Assembly (NCBI GenBank): GCA_031291235.1
Contig: JARLJL010000022.1
Coordinates: 458,355 to 482,354 of the forward strand
Reading direction: 5' to 3'
From: Sulfuriferula sp.
GTDB taxonomy: Bacteria > Pseudomonadota > Gammaproteobacteria > Burkholderiales > Sulfuriferulaceae
DNA length: 24,000 nucleotides
Shown: in pieces, positions 16,354-24,000 of the stretch
Numbering within the stretch: position 1 is the first letter of the stretch
How the letters are laid out: the number at the start of each line of letters is the position of its first letter
Translations under genes and position numbers: made by a program
The notes under the pieces: model-generated
What the model saw: the letters and a program-made list of their open reading frames with translations, nothing else
Database searches by the model: none
Told to the model about the DNA's origin: nothing

Positions 16354-16440
16354 GTCTAACGTGAAATATACACCGATTCGGTGTATATTAAATTCTCAAA
16401 ATCGGTGTATAACACGAATTCTCCCAACAAATTTCACGAC
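16354..16440 (-). other. attI recombination site region (core GTTAGAC at 16354..16360)
   Basis: Array-proximal GTTAGAC core without an attC fold, next to a 25-bp palindrome and a further CGGTGTAT copy, between cassette 1 and intI. The outer boundary is approximate. Confidence 0.75.
16365..16410. repeat. CGGTGTAT iterated motif: palindrome plus third half-site
   Basis: AATATACACCG-ATT-CGGTGTATATT (16365..16389) and ATCGGTGTAT (16401..16410). Confidence 0.85.
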
Positions 16441-16564
16441 CACATATCATAGACACTAGATCAGAAAATATTTAAAAAATAATTATTATCAATAATATAA
16501 ATAACAAACCAATAATTTTTTATGAATTCTGTTTTACGTTGATTAAGCTAGATAGGCACCTATA

Positions 16565-17551
16565 TTGGAAAATACAAACACACCTATTTTTACCTCTCCA
16601 AAACTACTCGATCAGGTACGCAATCTCATTAGGGTCAAGCATTACAGCATCCGTACAGAAACGCAATATGTGCAGTGGATAAAACGTTACATTTTATTTC
16701 ATAACAAGCGCCACCCGAGCGAAATGGGTGCAACGGAAGTTGCATCATTTTTGACTCATCTGGCGGTATCGGGGCATGTCTCATCCTCTACCCAGAACCA
16801 GGCGTTGTCTGCGATACTGTTTCTATATCGGGATGTACTGGGGGTGGACCTTCCCTGGTTAAAAGACGTGGTACGAGCCAAACAGCCGCAGCGTTTACCG
16901 GTGGTATTGACGCGTACAGAAGTGAGGGCAATTCTCGCCCGGATAAAAGGTGCACATGGTTTGATGGCACATTTACTATACGGTACTGGCATGCGTTTAA
17001 TGGAATGTGTGCGTCTGCGAGTGAAAGATGTGGATTTTGAACGCCTTGAAATTTTAATCCGCGATGGCAAGGGAGCGAAAGACCGCATCACCATGCTGCC
17101 GGATTCTATTGCGCCCCTACTGCAGGCGCATTTGGTACAACGGCGTGTATTATTTGACGACGATGCGCGCATGGGTAAGGTTTCAGTTTATTTGCCCGAT
17201 GCACTGGCGGTCAAATATCCTAACGCACCTCAAGAATGGGGCTGGCAATACATTTTTCCATCCGGCAGCTTTTCTGTTGATCCGCGTAGCGGCGTGGAAC
17301 GGCGACACCATATTGATGAGAAACTATTACAACGCGCGATGAAAAAAGCCGTGCAGGAAACTGGCATACCCAAGCCGGCAACGCCCCATACTTTGCGCCA
17401 CTCATTTGCTACACATCTACTGGAATCAGGTTACGATATTCGCACCATACAAGAGCTCCTGGGACATGCAGACGTGGCTACGACAATGATTTACACGCAT
17501 GTACTGAACAAAGGCGGGCGCGGTGTGACTAGCCCGCTGGATCAATTATAA
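16565..17551 (+). CDS. intI: Integron integrase IntI (tyrosine recombinase, 328 aa, TTG start)
   Basis: Catalytic motifs [59 protein letters not shown], and the IntI-specific insert [49 protein letters not shown]. Confidence 0.96.
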   Translation: MENTNTPIFTSPKLLDQVRNLIRVKHYSIRTETQYVQWIKRYILFHNKRHPSEMGATEVASFLTHLAVSGHVSSSTQNQALSAILFLYRDVLGVDLPWLKDVVRAKQPQRLPVVLTRTEVRAILARIKGAHGLMAHLLYGTGMRLMECVRLRVKDVDFERLEILIRDGKGAKDRITMLPDSIAPLLQAHLVQRRVLFDDDARMGKVSVYLPDALAVKYPNAPQEWGWQYIFPSGSFSVDPRSGVERRHHIDEKLLQRAMKKAVQETGIPKPATPHTLRHSFATHLLESGYDIRTIQELLGHADVATTMIYTHVLNKGGRGVTSPLDQL

Positions 17552-17590
17552 CGACGATACCTGCCATCCACGAACGAATGACTGCTTCGA

Positions 17591-17914
17591 TCAAACCACA
17601 CCCAGAAACACCGCCAGCGCCCTGCTCACTGCCAGCATGTCTTCTTCTGCCATATGCCCGAATATCTCACCGATTTTTTCACGAGGAACGGTTTGCACCT
17701 TATCTACCATGATTTGGGATGTCTTACGCAGTCCGTTTGTCTCATTTGGTTCAACCGAAATGCGAAATAACGGTGTATCGCGCAAGTCACCCGTCACTGG
17801 CAAGATAGTCACGGATGGGTGCTCGGCAAATAGATCGGATTGGATAATCAGCGCGGGTCTTGGTTTGCCATAGGTGCCTTGCAAAGCAATTGTGACCAGA
17901 TCGCCGCGCCTCAT
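17591..17914 (-). CDS. MazF/PemK-family endoribonuclease toxin
   Basis: MRRGDLVTIALQGTYGKPRPALIIQSDLFAEHPSVTILPVTGDLRDTPLFRISVEPNETNGLRKTSQIMVDKVQTVPREKIGEIFGHM. ATG overlaps the antitoxin stop. Confidence 0.93.
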   Translation of the reverse strand: MRRGDLVTIALQGTYGKPRPALIIQSDLFAEHPSVTILPVTGDLRDTPLFRISVEPNETNGLRKTSQIMVDKVQTVPREKIGEIFGHMAEEDMLAVSRALAVFLGVV

Positions 17915-18123
17915 TCCCACCCCTCGGTATCTGCAGCCGCTTCAAGCCAGCCCAACACATCAGTCTCTTGCGCGTCGTCGCGCAGCATTAGCGACTGACG
18001 ACGACATTCCGCTGCAAAATCGCTGCGGCGTGTATCCGGCACCCAAATCTGCACTGGGCGTAAGCCCGCCGCGCGTAATCCGGCACGGTGTTTTTGTACT
18101 CGTTCAGTCACATTTTTCCTCAT
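17911..18123 (-). CDS. Antitoxin, MazE-like (DUF3018-type, 70 aa)
   Basis: MRKNVTERVQKHRAGLRAAGLRPVQIWVPDTRRSDFAAECRRQSLMLRDDAQETDVLGWLEAAADTEGWE, 4-bp overlap with mazF-like gene. Confidence 0.88.
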   Translation of the reverse strand: MRKNVTERVQKHRAGLRAAGLRPVQIWVPDTRRSDFAAECRRQSLMLRDDAQETDVLGWLEAAADTEGWE

Positions 18124-18142
18124 CAGGTTCTCCTTTCAATTT

Positions 18143-18179
18143 GTTACATGTAACATCATAATGCAGCGTTACATGTAAC
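18143..18179. promoter_or_regulatory. Twin palindromic operators of the toxin-antitoxin promoter
   Basis: GTTACATGTAAC at 18143..18154 and again at 18168..18179, 20 bp upstream of the antitoxin ATG. Confidence 0.75.
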
Positions 18180-18282
18180 ACAATCGACAAGCCGAGCCAG
18201 CGCCTCACCAGTGCATTATTCTTGCCTTTGCAGGCTAAATCTCGTTATCATCGACCGATACTTTTGATAATCGCCAACCGCA

Positions 18283-19587
18283 ATGACCATTCCCGACCAG
18301 ACCCGCGCTCAGGCGCAAGACCTCCTCAACTTTATCGACGCCAGCCCCAGCCCGTGGCATGCGGTGCAAAGCGTGGTGCAGCGCCTGCTGGCACAGGGTT
18401 ACAGCGAGCTGAAAGAAGCCGAACGCTGGTCGCTGGCAGCGGGCGGACGATATTTCGTGGTCCGCGGCGGCGCGTCGGTGATTGCGTTTCATCTGGGACA
18501 ACGCAGTCTGACTGAAGCCGGTTTTCGCATGATAGGTGCGCATACCGATTCGCCGGGACTGCGCCTGAAAACGCATACCGCCCAGGCCAGCGATGGCGTG
18601 GTCAGACTGGGCGTGGAAGTGTACGGCGGGCCTATCCTGGCGACCTTTACCGACCGCGACCTGAGCCTGGCCGGCCGCGTTAATATCCGCACTGCGGATG
18701 GCTTTGTCACCCGCCTGCTGAAATTCGACGCCCCGCTCGTGCGCTTGCCCAATCTGGCGATCCACATGAACCGCGAGGTCAATGAACAGGGCCTGAAACT
18801 GAACAAACAGACCGAGCTGCCGCTGATCTTCGGGTTGGCTGGCGACAAGCAGGATGCGCGCGAACAATTTCTCGGCCATATTGCAAGCGCGCTGGCGGTG
18901 AATGCCAGCGATATTCTGACCTACGAGCTGAATGTATTTGACACCCAGCGCGGCAGCTTCTGGGGTGCGGAGCAGGAATTCATCGCCGACAGCCAGCTCG
19001 ACAATCTGGCTTCATGCCATGCTGCGTTGACCGCCATGCTGGCATGCGAAACTACTGATGCGACCAATATCTGTGCGTTTTTCGACCATGAGGAAGTCGG
19101 CAGCGAGAGCGCCACCGGCGCGGGCGGCAGCTTTGCCCAGGATATGATTCAGCGCATTTCGGCGACTTTGGGACTGGATGAAGAGTCGCGGCACCGCGCG
19201 CTGGCGCAGAGCTTCTTTATCAGCGCTGACATGGCGCATGCCTACCACCCCAATTTCCCCAATGCTTACGAACCCAGCCATAGGGTAATGGTCAATGGCG
19301 GCCCGGTGATCAAAACCAACGCCAACCAACGTTACACCACCAATGCCGATACTGCGGCGCGCTTCATGACGCTGTGCGAAGCTGCGGGCGTGCCGGTGCA
19401 GCATTACACGCACCGTACCGACCTCGGCTGCGGCAGCACCATAGGGCCTATCATTGCGTCGCGTTTGGGGATAGCCAGTGTCGATGTGGGTTGCCCGATG
19501 TGGGCGATGCACAGCTTGCGCGAAAGCGCGGGAGTGCTCGATCACGGCTACATGATAGCAGCCATGCAGGCGGCGTTTAAGAGCTGA
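18283..19587 (+). CDS. apeB: M18 family aminopeptidase (aspartyl aminopeptidase-like, 434 aa)
   Basis: NFIDASPSPWHAVQSVVQRLLAQGYSEL, GAHTDSPGLRLK, FFDHEEVGSESATGAGGSFAQDMIQRI, HPNFPNAYEPSHRVMVNGGPVIKTNANQRY, CPMWAMHSLRESAGVLD. Confidence 0.95.
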   Translation: MTIPDQTRAQAQDLLNFIDASPSPWHAVQSVVQRLLAQGYSELKEAERWSLAAGGRYFVVRGGASVIAFHLGQRSLTEAGFRMIGAHTDSPGLRLKTHTAQASDGVVRLGVEVYGGPILATFTDRDLSLAGRVNIRTADGFVTRLLKFDAPLVRLPNLAIHMNREVNEQGLKLNKQTELPLIFGLAGDKQDAREQFLGHIASALAVNASDILTYELNVFDTQRGSFWGAEQEFIADSQLDNLASCHAALTAMLACETTDATNICAFFDHEEVGSESATGAGGSFAQDMIQRISATLGLDEESRHRALAQSFFISADMAHAYHPNFPNAYEPSHRVMVNGGPVIKTNANQRYTTNADTAARFMTLCEAAGVPVQHYTHRTDLGCGSTIGPIIASRLGIASVDVGCPMWAMHSLRESAGVLDHGYMIAAMQAAFKS

Positions 19588-19593
19588 AGCGAT

Positions 19594-21464
<1,871 letters not shown>

Positions 21465-21468
<4 letters not shown>

Positions 21469-22454
21469 GCCTTGTACTGTTTATATAATGCATCGACATA
21501 ACTTGCCATGCCTTGTTCCGCTTCGATCATGGGTGCGTCAAAGCCTGCCTGCCGCAACGCGCTGATATCCGCCCGGGTAAACGACTGGCGCCTGGCAGGA
21601 AAATCGACGTACTCGATCATGCCTTGCGCTTGCAGCCAGGCCAATTCCAATGCAGTCTTGCCGTCGAGTTGGCGACATTGGTTGATCACCGCGACAGCAA
21701 CATCGTTGGCGCTCAACGCACGCCCGGTACCGATATTGAAAATGCCGGATACCGCAGGATGATCGAGGAACCACATATTCGCCTGCACCACGTCATCGAC
21801 AGCCACGAAATCCCGGCACTGTTCCCCATTTGCCGTGCTTGCCGCACCTTTGAACAAGGTGACCTTGCCAGTTGTCATGAACTGATAAAAATACTGATAA
21901 ACGAATGAAGCTGCGTCAGCCTTGTGTTGCTCGCCCTGCCCGTATACATCGAAATAGCGCAATCCGACAATTTGCGCCGTTCTGTCGTCCCAAATGCGGC
22001 GCACGGCCTGATCGAACAGAAATTTGGAATAGGCATTGATATTCAGCGGCGATTCGTTCTGGCGCAATTCTGCAAAATCGTCACCCGCCCCGTAAACCTC
22101 GGCCGACGATGCATACAGAAATGCCGCCTGATTTTCCTGACAAAAATCCAGCATATCCATGGAGTAGCGGTAATTGTTTTCCATCACATAGCGCCCGTCG
22201 TCAGCCTGCGCATCGGTACAGGCGCCATGATGAAAAATGGCGGCTATTGCGCCGTCCAGCGCATTTTTGTGCATCAGTTGCAGAAAATCGGTTTTATCTA
22301 TGTAATCGGCCAGCTCGCAATCGACCAGATTGCGAAATTTATCGGCCCGGGTAAGGTTATCGACGGCAATGATATCGGTAACGCCCCGCGCATTCAGCGC
22401 CTTGACGATATTGGAGCCTATAAATCCTGCTGCACCGGTGACTACATAATACAT
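21465..22454 (-). CDS. hldD: ADP-glyceromanno-heptose 6-epimerase (329 aa)
   Basis: MYYVVTGAAGFIGSNIVKALNARGVTDIIAVDNLTRADKFRNLVDCELADYIDK...FHHGACTDAQADDGRYVMENNYRYS...YASSAEVYG...FRYFDVYGQGE. Confidence 0.94.
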
Positions 22455-22480
22455 GGCGTCTTTCCTGAAAATTGGTCGGA

Positions 22481-23392
22481 TTATTTGATGTGATAAAAAC
22501 GGTTTGCCAGCTCCTTACCGGGCGGCAAATTATCCAGCCTGTCGCCGACCGCTTCGCTCAGCATGCTGAAACGCACGTCGGGTGCCGGATGCGTCTTGAA
22601 TAGCAATGCCACACTGCTGTCGCCCGGCGCGACGTGACCGATTTCTTCCAGCACGGCAGGCAACCCATAAGCGTCGTAACCGGCACGGGCAGCCAGTACC
22701 AGCCCCATGCGATCGGCTTCGAATTCGGCATTCTTGTCCAGTTTGCGCGACATGATTTCGGCGCCGCTACCAATCAGGTTCTGTATGGTTTGCTGTCCGT
22801 TTACCTCGCGCCCCAGCGCCTGTGCACCTAAACCGATAAACTGGCTTTGCTGCATGATTTTAAGCTGATGCTTGCGTACTACGTGGGCAATTTCGTGTCC
22901 CAGCACGCCCGCAAGCTCAGATTCATTATTAAGTTTTCTGTACAAGCCTTTGGTTATAAATACATAACCGCCCGGTGCAGAGAACGCATTAATATCGTTG
23001 CTTTCGATTACGCCAAACTGCCAGGGCAGATCGGGACGTTCGCTTTGCAGCGCTACCCAGCGCCCGACTTCATTCACGTAATGTTGCAACCTGGCATCCT
23101 TGACCAGCGGCGAAGCGCCCAGCAGATTGCCGGCAAGCTGACGCCCGATCTGTACTTCGTCATCTACCGAATTCTGTTTCAAGGCACCCAGCAATACCGT
23201 GGCCGGGTCGATTTTCGTATCGCCTGCATTATTGCTGCCGGCCTTATCTGTGGTATTTGTCGTATTCTGATTCACCACATTGGCAGGCAATTGCTTGATC
23301 ACATTATTCAGATCGTTGAGATCGAATGCATTTGCCGCAGGCACAGCCGTCACGCTTGCCAATACCGCTATCAATATCATCTTCATCGTCAT
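22481..23392 (-). CDS. M48 family metallopeptidase, exported
   Basis: Signal peptide MTMKMILIAVLASVTAVPAANAFD, zinc motif VLGHEIAHVVRKHQ and second motif NAEFEADRMGLVLAARAGYD. Start uncertain (ORF open to 23410). Confidence 0.9.
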   Translation of the reverse strand: MTMKMILIAVLASVTAVPAANAFDLNDLNNVIKQLPANVVNQNTTNTTDKAGSNNAGDTKIDPATVLLGALKQNSVDDEVQIGRQLAGNLLGASPLVKDARLQHYVNEVGRWVALQSERPDLPWQFGVIESNDINAFSAPGGYVFITKGLYRKLNNESELAGVLGHEIAHVVRKHQLKIMQQSQFIGLGAQALGREVNGQQTIQNLIGSGAEIMSRKLDKNAEFEADRMGLVLAARAGYDAYGLPAVLEEIGHVAPGDSSVALLFKTHPAPDVRFSMLSEAVGDRLDNLPPGKELANRFYHIK

Positions 23393-23406
23393 GACTTTAT
23401 CCCCGC

Positions 23407-23925
23407 TCATTCGTTATTGGCATTAGGATCGGGAAAATAGGCAACAGACTGCTTCACCAGCTTCCCTTGCCGGGCAAAGCTCTGCGCGGATGCCGCGCTT
23501 AACTTGTATCCGGCCAACTCTTTTATCCCTGCTTCGCTGAAATGCGCGGCTTTCAAATCCTCTTCGCTCAAGCCGCGTACACCGGCCGTCGCAACGATCT
23601 GCCCGGGCTGACGCTTTCCGGTCGCCATTTGCGCCACACCGGCTATATCGGACGCGGCACTACCGGTATAAGCTGCCGATGTGCGCACCGACAATATCCT
23701 TACCCAGCCTTGTGCTTTACCGCTGCTGATCTGTATCCAGCCGCTTTGTTTGGCGATAACATTCACCGTGCTGCCTTTAGCCAGGCTACCGACAATCGCG
23801 CTGCTGCTCGCCGGCTTGGCATGCATGGTTTCACTTTTGATTAACACGCCGTTTTGTGCCGCTGCCGCGGCGCTGCCAAACAACATCATGCAAAGCGCAA
23901 CGCTTATTCGTCGATTGAACATCAT
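23407..23925 (-). CDS. SH3-like domain-containing exported protein
   Basis: MMFNRRISVALCMMLFGSAAAAAQNGVLIKSETMHAKPASSSAIVGSLAKGSTVNVIAKQSGWIQISSGKAQGWVRILSVRT. Bacterial SH3-type repeat after a signal peptide. Overlaps the M48 ORF region. Confidence 0.85.
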   Translation of the reverse strand: MMFNRRISVALCMMLFGSAAAAAQNGVLIKSETMHAKPASSSAIVGSLAKGSTVNVIAKQSGWIQISSGKAQGWVRILSVRTSAAYTGSAASDIAGVAQMATGKRQPGQIVATAGVRGLSEEDLKAAHFSEAGIKELAGYKLSAASAQSFARQGKLVKQSVAYFPDPNANNE

Positions 23926-24000
23926 GGTCTCCTGCTGGGAAAGATAAATTATTCTACCCCGACTTGCGCATTGCGCGCTCACAATAGATACTTATCATCA

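Larger units (their letters stand above)
12851..16359 (-). mobile_element. Integron gene-cassette array (six cassettes, minus-strand orientation)
   Basis: Six attC sites between a lone attI-side GTCTAAC/GTTAGAC (16354..16360) and the terminal attC6. ORFs on the minus strand, intI divergent on the plus strand. Confidence 0.93.

Noticed and set aside
18235-18879. 214-aa minus-strand ORF opposite the M18 aminopeptidase
   Set aside because: Antisense shadow ORF. The plus-strand protein has conserved metallopeptidase motifs.
21513-21908. 131-aa and other plus-strand ORFs opposite hldD
   Set aside because: Shadow ORFs of a well-recognised core gene on the minus strand.

Overview
The window reads as betaproteobacterial chromosome: core genes plus a short integron. 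Core genes are glnK-amtB, a cytochrome b / SHP-like cytochrome / diheme cytochrome / two-component operon, an M18 aminopeptidase, an L,D-transpeptidase, tadA, cysM, hldD, an M48 protease and an SH3-domain protein. The most notable region is about 12.8-17.6 kb. An integron integrase (intI, + strand, 16565..17551) faces away from a six-cassette array on the minus strand (12845..16360). Six attC sites can be read directly from RYYYAAC...GTTRRRY pairs and their internal dyads. Cassette 2 is a two-gene cassette: a short SinR/Cas2-like protein followed by a 2-TM protein with an acidic repeat tail. Cassette 3 encodes a TIR/SEFIR-type protein. Both are candidate defence functions, and the cassette 2 pair is the best candidate for an undescribed system. 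The attI side carries a 25-bp perfect palindrome plus a third half-site. A MazE-like/MazF toxin-antitoxin pair with two identical palindromic operators lies directly downstream of intI. Other observations are a twice-frameshifted HPF/RaiA-like pseudogene, a truncated and frameshifted nitrilase-family pseudogene ending at a small GGTCAGGCCTTAT inverted-repeat element, a possible decayed attC near 7.1 kb outside the array, and a PmrA/QseB-like direct repeat upstream of the cytochrome/two-component operon.
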